From positions 69,108,788-69,172,787 of the forward strand of contig CM120640.1 of the NCBI GenBank assembly GCA_051362555.1: DNA of 64,000 nt, given 5' to 3'. This DNA comes from Lingula anatina (lineage: Eukaryota > Animalia > Brachiopoda). Positions 39,846 through 54,800 of the stretch are shown piece after piece. Numbering within the stretch: the stretch's first letter is position 1; each line of letters opens with the position of its first letter. The notes beneath the pieces are model-generated. The model saw only the letters and a list, made by a program, of their open reading frames with translations. It was not told the origin of the DNA and ran no database searches. A program made the translations under genes and the position numbers.

Positions 39846-42800
39846 AAGGGGGAGAAGAGACATATTTGATTTTGTTAGTAGGATGTACTTATCATAATGG
39901 GACTGCCATCTGAGTTGGCTCTTACCAAGTAAGGTGGACCCTAATGATTGACCGGGAACCCGCCTTCCTTCACCCAGTACTTGGCTAGCATAGTGCCTCC
40001 TATGCATGTGTGTCTTCTGCATATTGTGACAGAATTGTTCTAGGGCATGTTCACTACTGGACAAACTTAACATCCATTATCTGTCAATTTAGGTTGGCAT
40101 GTTCCCTTCCATGCTTGATTATGGTCCATTTTCTGTCAAATTGGTTGACCTACCTTAGTGTATGCTATTTCAGCAGGACATTTGATTACGATTAGTTCAC
40201 CTTAGGGAGTAGATCTTATCTCTCATGTCTCACTGCCGCCATTGTAATCAAAGTAATGCATAATCCACGAGATTGGCTTCCTTTGCTATAAAACTGTAGT
40301 CAGATGATCTCTTGAAATGGCAGTATTTAGTTAGATCAGCTCAGCTGGACTAGAAATGCTCATTTATGCTGGGGATAGTGCAAGGGATGTCACCATTGGG
40401 GATAGTGCAAGGGATGTCACCATTGGGAATAGTGTAAGGGATGTCACCATTGGGGATAGTACAAGGGATGTCACCATTGGGGATAGATGTCACCATTGGG
40501 GATAATGCAAGGGATGTCACCATTGGGCATAGTGTAAGGGATGTTACCATTGGGGATAGTGCAAGGGAGGTCACCATTGGGGATAGTGCAAGGGAGGTCA
40601 CCATTGGGGATAGTGCAAGGGAGGTCACCATGGGGGGACTTGGCATAGGATCGTTTTTTCAAGCCATGAGGAGGGTTCTCTTGTTATCTGGTGGCTTAGT
40701 GATGTCAAAAAGACTTGGTTCAGTCTTAGGCCAGGTGTGAATGTGCCCATGTATACTTGTACCTGATGTTTGCTGTGAGTGAGGAGCTTTAGCAGGAGTT
40801 AGATAAGGAGTACTTACATGGAGGCAGGTTGTAATATGGTAGTTGCCTGATAAAACATCAAGTGATGAATTGTAAGTTAATCTGTGAATAATGTACAACA
40901 TAAGTATGCATAATGGGTAGATAGATGTAACGGGTGGTACAGAAGGGATCAGGTTTACACTTGGAATACAATGCACAGTTTATACAAAGCGGTGCCAATG
41001 AAGAAATTACATTTTACGTTAAAAGTAGATGTAGTTAAAATTAATAAGCTGATTTTCTTTAATTAATGACATTGGAATGAAAAGTAATTATTGCGTTAGA
41101 AAATAAAATAAAAAATGTACAAGTGCCCGTATTCATCATTTTTCAAGTCATCTGTAGTGATATGTAAGATTTTCTCTTTGTCAAAAGATGGGCCTTACCA
41201 CATACTAGTGTCAGTGCATAGGTGTCACTGCTTCATTTTTGAGACCAGCATAATTAAGTACACCACCTAATTAAGTACATACAAATTGGTGTGTTTTTGT
41301 TTTTTCCTGTGATTGTAATCTCTATTATCCATTTTATTATCTGTATCTTATTTTACCACCTAATGACTTACCGGAAAAAATGTGACATTTTTTCTTTGTA
41401 AAATTAAGCCATTTAGAAATCAGAGGAGGTGCATGAGCTCCAAATGCCCAGTAGATAATTAGAACCATTTATTCGTGTTGGTGGGTTTAATGAGGAAGGC
41501 TATATAACTGAGGATATGGTGTCGAAGCTGTGGGTTGTATTGTCTTTCTGGGTTCCTTTTAACCATGCTATAAGGTGGATTGGCTTAATTATTTACCAGT
41601 GAACCAATTAAGTTCAAAAAGGGGAGAAAATGGGTAGAAGGTGAATAGTGAGATTCCGTATGATGAAAATTAATCTTAACTTTACCAAAGGGAAATTTAC
41701 AATGAATGTATAATTAGAAAAAATGATAAACATTAAGTAGATATTAAGTAGATATTAAGCTGATAAGGATGCTATGTTCAAATATAAGGATGTTATACAT
41801 TTACCCGTCTGTGGTAATGACTTGGATCTTTTCAATACAATGGGGAAAATTATCATTCTTTCAGATACATAATTTTGGAATGATAAAAATGTATTTCAGT
41901 GAAGCATTTGTGGGGCTTTTACTGTATAGAGTGGAACTTTAAGGAAGCCTGCTCTAAAATTTTATTACTACCACTCAATGAAAATGTTCTAATTTTTTAG
42001 AATTTAACTTAAAAAAAATACAGTATCTGTAAAATTCACGATTTCTCCCCATTTTGAATTTAATCGATTCCTGTTCAGCAACTTGTTCATTCTCAATTTC
42101 TCTAAAATAATTTGTCATGCTGCTAGGTTGTTTGTAGAGAGAAATGTAAGGGTTTGTAAGATGTGGAGCAGTGAACAATGTAAATGTTGTATTGGACCTT
42201 TACTGTTGGAAGTGTTGGTCCAACCATGATCACTGCTTGAAAAACAAAGAAAGCAACCAGAATGGTGGAGCAGTTACTTACTGTACCCATCTCGTCCCAG
42301 ATACACATTGGATGACATATTATTTCTTGACACACTGACTCTTTTTGCCTACCAGCCATGTCAAATTGCTGCTTTTGACCACATGTGCAATGATATTATA
42401 GCTGTAGTTGTAGGATTCTGTCAACTTTTTTGAAAGCATGTCAGTCTTTTTCTTAAGTCCACCAAAATACTTTTGGATTTGTTCAAGCTTTATTGTAATG
42501 AATAAAGAGAAAAAATATGAGATTTGTTAAAATGTATAAGACCGCCTACAAATATTTATAAGAATTTTAGGACGCCACCATCATTGTTACCTTATCAGTA
42601 CATGGGTTGTCTATCAAAACCATTCAGGTACAAGTTTGTGCTGGTTACTGTTACCTGCACCTGTAATAATTTGTTAAAATTATATGAAGTCTTTCATTAG
42701 TAATTAATGCTCAAAGTGTCATTCACTTTATTATACCATTGTCCTCATTAATTAATGTGCCTAAGTCACATGTTTTAGAATCGGCTAGTGGATTTGGGTA

Positions 42801-45800
42801 CAATATGGCATACTCAATAATGGCAGTTTATTCCTGTGTACCGTTTCCATGGAATGTCAGTGAAAAAGACCAAAACAATATTGCACCTCGCGTATTTGTA
42901 GGTATGTAGAGTAGTTGACAAAAAAACTTACAGCAGGGGTGAGATGGTACATGGGCAAATATCTATTCAAGTCAGATGGATCTTACAGCATGGTTTAAAG
43001 TTGGAATTTGAATAGTTAGGGATTATTTTCATAGCAAAACGATATTAAGAAACGTTCAAGTTTAACATGCTGCCAGATAAGATTTTGTGGACATCTTGAA
43101 TCTAGATCGTAATACTAAAGGTGCATATATGTAAAATATGCTACATGCAGTACAGAAAGGGAACAGTGTTACTTCATTGATTATGTTATTAGACAACAGA
43201 GTTTGTTCTGGCACAGGATAGGTTGTCACAATGGATGCTTGTGGGAGGGTTTTTTAACGGAACACTGCCAAGGTGTACAGATGCAACTTGGAAAATATTT
43301 TGTCATCAAATGCCTCAGTGTAAAGTATATCATCTTATAATTATGTTATTTGCTTCTTCTTGTTTGTCTCTGTATAGCCTTATGTTCTTTTTGTAACAAG
43401 ACAATTTACAGGACATGACAGGTTTCTGTGTAATTATTTTAAATTCTACCCTACACCAGAGGAGTTTTTATGAGACAAGTCTGAGATGTGAATCTGTCTG
43501 TTGTAGTTTGGGTCATTGTGCTCCACTTTGGCAGAAAAGATCCTGTTTGTTACAGTGATTTTGTGAGAAGTAATCATCAGAAGAGTTGTGTAAATATATC
43601 TTTCTTGTTGCCCAGTCGAAATAACAGTTGTTAAGGAAATTTAAGGGAGATTTTGCAAGCTTTCTGGTTTCGTGTGAATATTGTCATGCGTCAAGGTAGA
43701 TACTGGTTATTTTTACATTTTGATGAAAATCACTTATTTTGAATTTCTTTCCTAAAGATAAGAATCTTACTCAAAGTTGAGTCAAGCTCATTGCTATCTG
43801 TGGTTATATTTGAGGCAACAGAGACCTCACTACCTTGTAGTGAGACCTAGAATAGTGTATTACTGTAAATTTATTGATCAGTGACCTGGTGTTTTGTTGT
43901 AGTTAAAACCAACAATTAAAGCAATAGGAAAGGCATGCAGCATGATTGCATGTTGCTGACAAAATGCGTGTGTAACATAGCACACAGACAGTTATTAGGG
44001 ACAAGAGAGAAGAATGGGTTTGGATGTTAATTCTGGAGAAAAATGCTAGGTTTTGCAGTCCTGATGTAAGCAACTTCCAGCCTAAAGTAGATATAAATCC
44101 CAGGTGAAAATTTTGTGACATCATCACTCAGTGTGAAATGGGATTTTTGGCATGGTTTATGACTCCACAAATATAGTTCAAGTAAATTTGCCATGTTATA
44201 CATTGAAAGCAAATTGATATATTACTCTTTATATGCCATTTCCATTTTTATTTTTTTTAGAATATAAAATTATAATGAAACATAAGATATATAAGTTTTA
44301 CAATTCAGTACGGATTGTTGTATTGTCGGTTACTTATTTCAAATATGTCTATATTAATGAAAAATAGTAGATTAATGCTGATTGATTTCAATATTTTTAA
44401 GAGAGAAGTTTGAACTTTGCCCCCTTTAGAGCCTCTCAGTTTTCAGGCATCTTTGTGATGTCACTGGTGTTTGCCACCAGTTTAACAGTGAACATATGCA
44501 TGCTGGGTCAGTAAAATGTGGTGCTAAGTGAGACAAAGCTAAACTACAGTAATATAGATGCATATTAAAATACTGTAGGTGAAAGAAAGTTGTTTGGATA
44601 TGTGAAGGTATAGACAGGAATACTGAGAAAACCTGCACCTCTTGTTGGAAGGCTAGACCTCATGAAAAATGATGATGATGATCAGACATTTTTGTGATTC
44701 TTTTACTGACTTTACCAGTTTAGAATTTATCAAGTTACTCCATCTATTATTCATTTAGTGACAACTCTTTTCCAGCCCTTTAATTTTTTTTTTAATTTAA
44801 AATATGCTGCAACCTAAGTCAACAGTTTAAGTGAAAAAAAAAAAACAACTAAATAATCTGCATATGGAATATCCTGTATGGGTTGTTACATGTACAAAGT
44901 CCAATATCAGTCTGCCAAAGATAATTTTTTTTAGCTTTTTGTGTGTTATTTTTTTCAACCTAGTTCAGGATCTCAGTCATTTGATGAGGCATTTATTCAT
45001 TTAAGCTGTATTTAAGTCAGCAGGGTAATTAGATGTAATAGAACAGGATGAAGGTAAAATACAATACTTGGGTAATTAATTCATTCCAATATCTCTGCTG
45101 CCTGTACACACTTGTTGTAAGAAGTCAATAATTGTGAGATTTATTGTAATACTCTATCCTGCCACCATTGCAGCTTGAAACATTATACAGTTGTCCTGCA
45201 TCTACAAATGATGCAACTCAACTTCAAAAAAAAAAAAAAAAAGAAACAGTAGGATGTGTGTGGATGGATCAATGTTTCATAGAGAATTGAGTGTTTTATG
45301 ATTTCTCTGAATGGGGTTTTTATCAAATATTGCACCAGCAAAGTTCCACAAATTACAGAAGTTGTAAGCAAGTGTACTGCAGATTTCTCCTGCTGAAAGG
45401 AGCATAGTTGTGGTGGATATTTAATTAACTTGTTTTTCTGTGACTAGTTTTTGTCCCGAGTTATCTTCACCCAGAAGTCAAGACAGTAGTGTGTCCTGGT
45501 ATGCCCAGCAGATACTATATTCTAGCCATAGGTTTAGGTTGACTAGTGGGAGACAGAGGGAGGTGGGGTCACCCCGGGCCTAATACATGGCACAGTCTCC
45601 CACTAGAGTAGCAACACACTGGGGCACATATTTGCATTCATTTGTTTACTGTAAATTCTCTTTCAATGATTTACCTTGCTGTTGAACCCCCCTCCATTAG
45701 TCAACAGAACAGGCTTTGGTTTTGGGTTTTACTTTCTTCCTGCTGAGGAGAATGTGTATTGAAAGTAACTCATGCGCAGATGGCTGTTTACCTGGCTTTT

Positions 45801-48800
45801 GCTGTCTGTGCAGTCAGTAGATACAGGGGTCAAAGCTTCAGAGCCCCTTTAGCTTTGGACAACTGGATGGACCGGAGACACCATACCAGTCCACTTGTTT
45901 AGTATCCCGCCCAGTGCGAAAAGCAGATGGACCGGAGACACCATACCAGTCCACTTGTTTTCTATCCCACCCAGTAAGAAAAGCAAGGCCAGAGTAGGAG
46001 TCACCTTAAAAAATTTTTCTTTTTCCTCTGATGATTCAATATTTTGTGAAGTGTGAAAAGTTTATATCTAGGATAGTCTAGACAATTTGATGAAAGTAAT
46101 ATATATCTATTAAAAATACATCAGAAAATTCTTTTCAGCAAAATTAAAAGCTGATGGCAATTGCCTATGACAGTTAAGAAGTGTTGATAAAACTTGACTG
46201 TGGAGCCATCCCATAACATGCATACAAAAATGACATTCACATATAGCTTTTCATATTATGTTCATTTTGGATTACTGAAATCATACTTATGTCCCAATTT
46301 ATCAGCATTAATGTGAGCAAATGACCAAGAAATCGGTCTTCACTTTCTAACATCTCTGTAACTGATCGTATATCATATTTTGTACATATTTTTTCTCTTT
46401 TTCAGTGTTTTCTGGGATCTTTACTGTGCAGCACCAGAGAGAAGGGACACATGTGATCATTCTAGTGAAGCTAAAGCATTTCATGATTATGTAAGTTGTT
46501 ATTTACCATACAATAGCTTTCAGGACAGCTTGGTGGCACAGAAATAGTTCTGTAATAAGGTGCTGGTATTGACACTGATGCTTTCTGGGATTGTTGTATA
46601 TGTGTCAGTAAATATGATTGGCTTTTCTAACCCTGGCTGTTCTGAAAGATGGTACTTTTAACTTGGGGATTTTATAGGTTTTATTGTTATTTTGCTTTGA
46701 ATTAAAAAAAAAAATTCCAAAAAGTGAGTACTGTCAATTAATTTATTTTACTTACTGAATTGGAAGCTTGGAACCATCTGTTTCACCCAAGATTTATTTG
46801 GTGGACATTTTTCATCATTTAATTTGCTTATGTTGGAACAGTGTAAATGAACTAACAGACATGCTTGTCTTTTTGTGGTGAGCCGGCTGTCAGAATGATA
46901 CACACAGCATTATATATAAACTAATATTGCCCCTTGGCCTAAAATGTGTCATGTTTTTGTCACAGAAAGTAGGTAATTCAGTGTTTGAATTGGTTGGAAG
47001 GGAAGTGCCCAGGCAGTAGCTCTGCCATAGTGATCTCCTTATATTTTGATCTAGGTGTAAATTTGTGGGAGGGTGTGAAAACAGCATAAATTGTCTAGAC
47101 AATGCCACAATGATTTCTATATTATTGTAACATTTACAGTCCCCCATCAAACTTTTTGCCAATTTTTATCTTCCTATACACTATAAAAGAGCTGAGCTTG
47201 GAAGTTTTTTTACTCCCCCCCCCCCCCCTTTCTTTAAGAAACTTACGAGGGGGGGTGCAGTAACAGAAGTGGCCATATATAAGGATATTTGCACTGTGTT
47301 TTAGTATGGGGTGTACAGTCAGGTGGCATGCAGCACATGGGGGACCTATCGGGGTGTTTGTTGTTTTGGTTTTAAAATTTGCTTGTTTACTGCATCTCAT
47401 GTAGCAACTTTTTCAACCAAACTGCCTCTAGGCTGGATCCTAATATAACATTTTGAGTAAAAGAATGTCTCTGTTATAGTAATAATGTCACGTAAAGGGA
47501 TTAAGGTGCTCTATATTATGACAGGCAGCACTGGGACTATGTTTTGTGCTGTAATATTGAGAATATTGCCATATTATCTGGAAGGCAGTGATTAGTTTTA
47601 AACCCTCATCAGGCAGTGTAGGCCACCTCCTTAGATGGCCCCTCCAATATCAGGCATTCTGATAACCATCAGAGTTTGTTGCCCCATTACAACTCTCCCT
47701 CTGCTGGGACCATATTTACCTTTATATTGCTGGGCTATTGTGTACCCGGGAGAGATAAGGAAGACTCCTCATTCAGAAAATGGACTGCCATTTTACACGT
47801 GGAGAACTGTGGACAAACCTTATTCAGGAAGAATGCGTAGGACTCCCTTCACCATAATATTTTGTTGAAGTGCTGACTTTTTCAACACAAAACTATCTTC
47901 ATAATTTATACCACATCTAGATATGCCCAAACCTGTGCAGTCATACTGCATCCTACTTTCCTGTTGACATATTCTAGTCTTTTTTCTTTTTTCGTTGAAT
48001 AGTATAGTTAAGCAACAAGAAAATACAGTCCTCCTCTCTGTTGACACCTTACATATACATGTATCCTGCACTTATTTGTTATCACTTTTTGAAAATTTAA
48101 CCAAGGAAACAAACATCGGATGAAAATCCTCTAACGGGCCTTATTTGGCAAATTGGGAGCTGGGAGGTTGCATTATGCATGCAAAGAGCAAGTTCTACCT
48201 GGGTATATATCTGTCTGTCTGGATGGAGAGGAAAACAACAAAATATAGGGCAGCAGCATGGGGTGACTTGTAAATTTCCTTTAAGAGTTCAGGGGAAATT
48301 ATTGTCTATGGCAACCTAGGTGTAAGATAAGAACATGGCAGAAAAGAGAATGTTGTTTGCAAAGAAAGAGTTGACTTTGAGTCTTTTCAAAAAAAAAAAA
48401 ATACCCTTTGATAAAAAATATTTAAAGCAAAATGGAATAGTTAAGGATATGTGCTTTATTTGCAAAACAGTTTACTGCATTACAGTATATTCTATAAAAT
48501 TTTCAATTTGTTTCACAGCCGGACACTTCTATTGTAGACCAAAGTTATCTGAAGGAAAAATTGGAAAATAGCTAGAGCAGCATTTATGTATGAAAAATAA
48601 AGATAAAATCTTTTTAGGAATATTTGAAAGAAAACAACTGCCATGCAGAAGAGACAAGTCCATACACTAAATTTCAAAGCTGATATATGGTTTATTATTA
48701 TAAAACATACAGGTAACAATAATTATATAAGTTACTGTGAGAAATTCAAAAGCATAAAATACTCAAAATAAACAAAAAAATCTTTTTATCGTAAAATAAC

Positions 48801-51800
48801 TTTTTTCACTGATAATGAATTTAAATGATATTTAAACACTTGATTAGGTATATTATGTTGAAAGGGGAATGTCGTATTTAGATTAAAGGATTCTTGATTT
48901 ATCTGACAAGTGAGGTTTTGAATACTGTGTGCTGAACCATACTGAGTAGTTACACCATGACTTTCCTTCTCCTCAAGTCTGTGCAATTCTACAGCAGCCA
49001 TCCTAGCTCCTTCTGCTCTCAACCTTATCACCTGTTGCTTGTCTGAACCAATCTACTCCAATCTCAAAAGGCCCAATGAAAAGTAGTCAGAAGTCGTACT
49101 AAGTATCAGTGTTTGTTGAAGATTTGCCCTTTTCAACCAGTTTTTGAATGTTTACTTGCCTGTCTTGTGGTGGTGTCAAATATGTTGAATGTATAGCCTG
49201 AGGTGCATTGTTCTCCAATAGTTTCATCATTTACCAGTTCTATGAAATACTTCCCCCACAGATTTTTTCTACAACAACTTTTGTCATTAAAAAAATATGG
49301 TTTGCCACCTTAATATATAAAAAAGGCAACAAAAAAGTCCACAAAATTATTGATAATAGGCTGGTGCTTTCTTTAAATGAAGAAATACTAAATTCCATCC
49401 TCTGCACTTGAATAATTTTCCATAAGCAAGTTTGTTAGTATTAGACATATATTTGTTGTAGTTCAGTTAATCTGGCTTTCTGCTGGTGATTACATTACCT
49501 GTAAAAATATCAGTCATAGTTTGATATTCTGCAGTTAGTTTGTTGAAAAAAAACTGCATTTTGCTGGCAGTATTATGTTGTAAATATTGCCAGTATCTTC
49601 AACATAAAAATCCTTCATGACATATTTCCATATAAAAACTTTTGAATAAAACTATCCTTAACAAGAATGATGCAAAGATATTAATTTGGTGATAAGTCAG
49701 CTTGCTCAATGTTGAACCGTTTACAATTTTGGTTTATCCATGAAATAATATACATCTGAAATGCCTTGACAAATATATGCTGTTAACATCTGTAGAAGCA
49801 TTGTCGTTTTAATTCATACAGCATATGTGACATACATTAACAGCTACATCTTCCAACACATTTGCTTTGGTGTTCTAGCATGATTGAACAAGCTGCTTTT
49901 AGGCAGGTTAAATGTCTGCTTGTGAATTAAAACAACAACAACAACAACAACAAAATACTTACAACTAAGATTGTACATGTGGGGCCATATTTGTCAGTCT
50001 GTAAAGGGTTTTTAACTAAGTGCTTTGCAACTGGAAGAATCTTATTGAAATGATTGAATGTTGTCATACTTTGCACACAAGAGCATCAGTTTCCACTCCC
50101 ACAAACATCTCCTGTTTAGTGCTGTTATTGTTTTCTATTTTCTTATTGAGTGTTCAAGTTGCTGAATTCATTTTAATGCGGTTTCTGGGTTCATCTTTGC
50201 CTTTCAGTCTGGAAATCATATCTGAAATCCTAGAACCAAATAAAAAAGAAGATTCAGTAAAAAGTTATGTCATAAATATTAAAGAAAAAAATGCAAACAA
50301 TTTTTTAAGTGACTTTACGTAATATTTGTATTTTCTTGCAGAAGAATAAATTCTGATGGAAATGACATAAGTGTACATTAAAGTACCAAACAGTTATAAT
50401 TGCCTTTTGATATGATTGTGTTGTTAGTAATGTCTCCCTTTCTTCTTATGCAGGACAGCACAAAGAGTTTACCTCTGAACCAATCTCAGATACAATCACC
50501 AGAAAACCATACAGTAGGTGATACTTCACTACTCTCTCTAACAAAGCATCCAATAATATTGTTTATAGACTCATCCCATACTCTACTGACAAATGTTAAT
50601 CCCAGCCTTCCTTTCCACTCGTTCTTTTACTCTCAGCAAAAAGCACCACTTCACCACCAAATAAGCACTTTTAATCACTGAAGTCATATTTACTTATATG
50701 TATTTTAAATATCAATAAATGTGGATCATTTTTCTCTTTAAGCAAACTCAAACTGTTGTAAGCCATTGCATATGCTGAAAACAATAGATAATGGCCCGTG
50801 CTCTAAACTGACCAGCTAATCAATGAATTGCACTGGAAATCAATATGTGCACTCCCTGCTTTACTTGAATCATATTCAAGTAAGTTTCATATGTAAATAA
50901 ACCTTGGTTTCAACACCAGCAGTATACTGTGTGGTAAATACATACAGACAGAGCCATAGTTGACCTAGGAGAAATAAAGAGTCAAGGTGATAGGGCACTT
51001 GTAATAAACACACTGTGTGCTGTTCAAAATGGCTGATGTTGTTGCAGAGAAGCCTGTTGTTGTTTAGTACTGATAGAGAGTAAGGTGCAAAACAAAACAA
51101 TATAAAGCTCTTAATTCATTTTTGCCTTGAAGGTCTGACAGAATCATGACAGGACAAAATATATTCCTGTGGGTTGTGCAGATTTAAAAGTCTTGGGTCC
51201 CACAAGTTCTTGATGTTGTGACAGCTTATGTTTCAGAGCTGTTTACCTTATTTAGCGTAAAACACCTTTTGTGATACAGTCAAAAGTTCCAGTGTAAAAT
51301 CAGTGTTAAATCAATAAAAAGAGTGTCACACAGATTTGCTAAAGATGTGTCTAATGAAGCAGTAGGTTGTATGGTTGTTAAGAGAAAAATTTGTTTTCAA
51401 ACAGATATGGAATTGCCTTTATCTTATATGCCCCCACGTAGAGAGCATGAAGTCAGTGAGAAAGAGAAGTGAGGAAAATACTTGAGATGTAATGACCAAA
51501 ATGAAAAAATAAATAACCAAATTACCATCTGCGTATGTTTGTTTCACTTATAATGACTATGCCTAGGCGATGCTGGTCCTGCATATCTTGTCATATTGGG
51601 CGTGCTCCGCTCTGGAAGGGGAAATTCATCACGAGACACCCAGAGTTTTTGCCCACACTTGGTTGAGATGGGATTCCTAACCTTTGCACAGTTGCGGACT
51701 TAGCAGAGTTGGTTAGCCATAGTGTTTATGAGCCAGCTAAAAAAAAAAACGAAGAGTAGAATGAGTGATGGAATTTAGGTTGAAATAGTTCTATCAGTAG

Positions 51801-54800
51801 TTTCATAAAGCACATTTTAGAGAAGTGATACAATAGCAGATGTTCTAGGACATTTATATCTAGGTATAAAGATCCAGCACATAGGTCCACCTCCCTTGCT
51901 GAGCCTTAGCAAGGGCATTTTCACCCACGTTTGCCATCGTTTCCACACAAAGACCTTTCCTGGTATTGATTTTCTGTGGAACACAATGACTGCAAACAGT
52001 ACCGAGAATATTGATTTTTTGACTGGAGCAAAGACAACCGGCACGGAGGACCTGGGACATGGGCACTCTCACGGGTTATAACGGGAAAGCAGGAGGTCGG
52101 GGGACTTGGGTTTCATGGGAAGTTTTTTTTCCCTCCCCAAATTGTTAAATATTGATTAAATTTTGGGGAAAAAATACATGTACTTCTGTAGTTTATGTGA
52201 GCTTGCTTCTGAAATATAAATATGAAATCAATCACTGTATGAAACTGAAGTAGATAATTGATGCCAGTTTCTAAGGTATTTAGGGGTGTGAGGGTTTGCC
52301 ATCACTGTACACAAGCTCTAAGTAGAATATAGAAGAAATCGTGAACAAATTTGGTTATAAATTTATAAGAATAATGATGACTAAAGGACAGTGTCACTTT
52401 AAGCAATATAGTGTAATATAAAGAATGTGCTTTGTGATATTGTTGGTATGAAAGTTTGCATGTTCGAATTTATGTTGTTTGATAACATATTGTCTGTTTT
52501 TGCTTTACTACATTGTATTGTAAGCAAACTAAATTACAATTTATCCAAAATGTTTATTTTTTTTTTTCAAGCATGGCCAATTTGATGGGTTATCTACCTT
52601 CTTTGAATGAAATTTCTTTCCCTGATTAAAAATCTCCACTATTCTATCGCTGATATTATATTCTTATGTACTGGTGAAGGGTTATTTGGTTCAGCTTTAA
52701 CCATTAACTGTCATGTATTCATAACCATATTTATAACAATATCACTGACTGACTTATGGTTTTAAAAAATATGCTATGGAGTCCAGTCTTTTTAGATCAA
52801 TGTGCTTTTGTTTCATCTATGTTATAGATGGTTCAAGCTAATACACTTTGGAACCAATTTGGTATGGCTTGCCTGGTTGTCAGGCTCATAAACATATAGT
52901 GGTCTGGATATTAATGTTATTATATATTAAGTCAATGACAGTGATTTATGTGTATTTGATATTATTTTGTTGCTTGTTTGTAATGCTTGGTTGTTCTTTT
53001 TCTTTTCAGGGTTTTGTAAATTCAGGTTATGTTGCAAATGGTTTAACACATGTAAGTATAGTTTTATTTTATTTTATTTTAATCTATCTGATTCAGTTAG
53101 TATGTTATAAGTATTAAGTTTTCTTCTGTCATATTTTCTTGAAAGTTCTCTTTGTAAAGAATGCCAAAGGATATCTTTCTCTAAAAACCTGTTGGCTAAA
53201 TTATAAATTACGATCCTATCAGAAAATACCAAACCTAAGTATCTGCAGTGGAGTTTCGGTGCTTCAGCCGTTTTCTGTGGGTTCAAAAGTTTTAAGATAT
53301 TGTGGAATTTTTATAAGCAATTTGTCATCCATGCATAGAAGTGTAGTTAATGATTGGTAATTTGCAGAAGACTAAATGTTATATGGCAGCCTGGTCCTGT
53401 GATTACAACCTAACCAGCTTGTTTGAAAATATCAAGAAACTTTTAAAATTCAGGTCCGTAGCCTGCAATTTCAAAAGGGGGGTTCTTTTCTGAAAAAGTG
53501 AATATTTTACCATGAAACCTTCATGTACCTTGATTAAATATTACCTACAGGGGACCTTTATCAGCAAAAAGGCCATCCCCTGAACCTCCCGAACCCCCTG
53601 GCTACGGGCCTGATATTAACTTTATTGTGATTTCTTTGACTTAAGATGTATCACTTTATTTCAAAATACCGATTTTCCCCCAATTTACAACTATTTGAAA
53701 AGAAATCAGTTATCAGCACCATTTTTAGTTGAATGGGAATCTTGGAGATGCCCTGTCTCTTGATGAGAAAATCAAGCAAGTAGGATTTGGAGGAGAGTGG
53801 ATGAAATAATGGCAGACCACCCTGTGCATTGTGACAATAAATAAAACATGACATAATTTATCCATGGATATTTTAGTGATGTTTTTTCTTAAATTCTGTA
53901 GAATTACAGTCTCTAGCACAGCAGTACAAATGCAAAATGTCGTTTTTATATTCCTTTGAATACCATGTTCCCACCACATAGTTTTATCCTAATTGTTTAA
54001 AAGTCAGCCCTACCTCACACCAATTCTAGCATATTTTCTTATTTTGACTTGGTCATCCAGTGGTAGATTTAGGGGGGTGTCCACCCCCCACCCCCCACCC
54101 CCACCCCTGTTTAGAATTTTGACTAGCTGAATCATAATTCTGAACCATACCATATGGCACCATTGTCCCTCCAAAATTCCAAAATTTTCGGGGCACGCTA
54201 AGAGTCAGCTCCTCAGCCGCAGCCTATCATTCTTAAAAAATGGACCCCCCCCCTTCAAATAATTCAGTATCTACCCCTGATATCCATGGGACAGTGACAA
54301 GGTCCTTATTTCTTACAGAACTTAGAAATGTTTTTCTATGAAAAATTTTACAGACAAGTAGATAGTATTGCAAGCACTTTATTAATTTATGGAAGTGAGA
54401 GCATTGATCAAGCATATTCCCAGTGTTCATCTCATCAAACTATTCTTCTATCTTCCATACATAATCATAGGAGTTAAACAATCTGTTGTTAATAATATAT
54501 TAATATGAGTCCACAGTGCTGACCCCCCCACTGACAGTTAAACATTGCTTGAATACCCCCCCCCCCCCCCAAAAAAAAAAAAGAAAAGTTCACCATATAT
54601 CTTATATTAAGCATAAAGTTTAGCATATAAAGGCAACAAATAGAATTAAAACAACCTCCAAAAAAGATTGCATCGCAATGAAAAAAGAAATAAAAAATGT
54701 CTGGCTTTTGAAAAATAAAACAAAAATAAAGTGTGACTAAAAGTAATAAAAATATAGTGTGACTCCCTCCTTCAAGTCAATAATTATCAGTGTCTTAACA

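Noticed and set aside
40350-40740. Overlapping repeat-peptide ORFs ([18 protein letters not shown])
   Set aside because: They are by-products of a 27-bp minisatellite and stay open in several frames on both strands.
51560-51740. Possible minus-strand tRNA or tRNA-derived SINE (B-box-like GGTTAGGAATCCC)
   Set aside because: The A and B boxes are too degenerate and I cannot fold a cloverleaf. At most it is an old SINE fragment.
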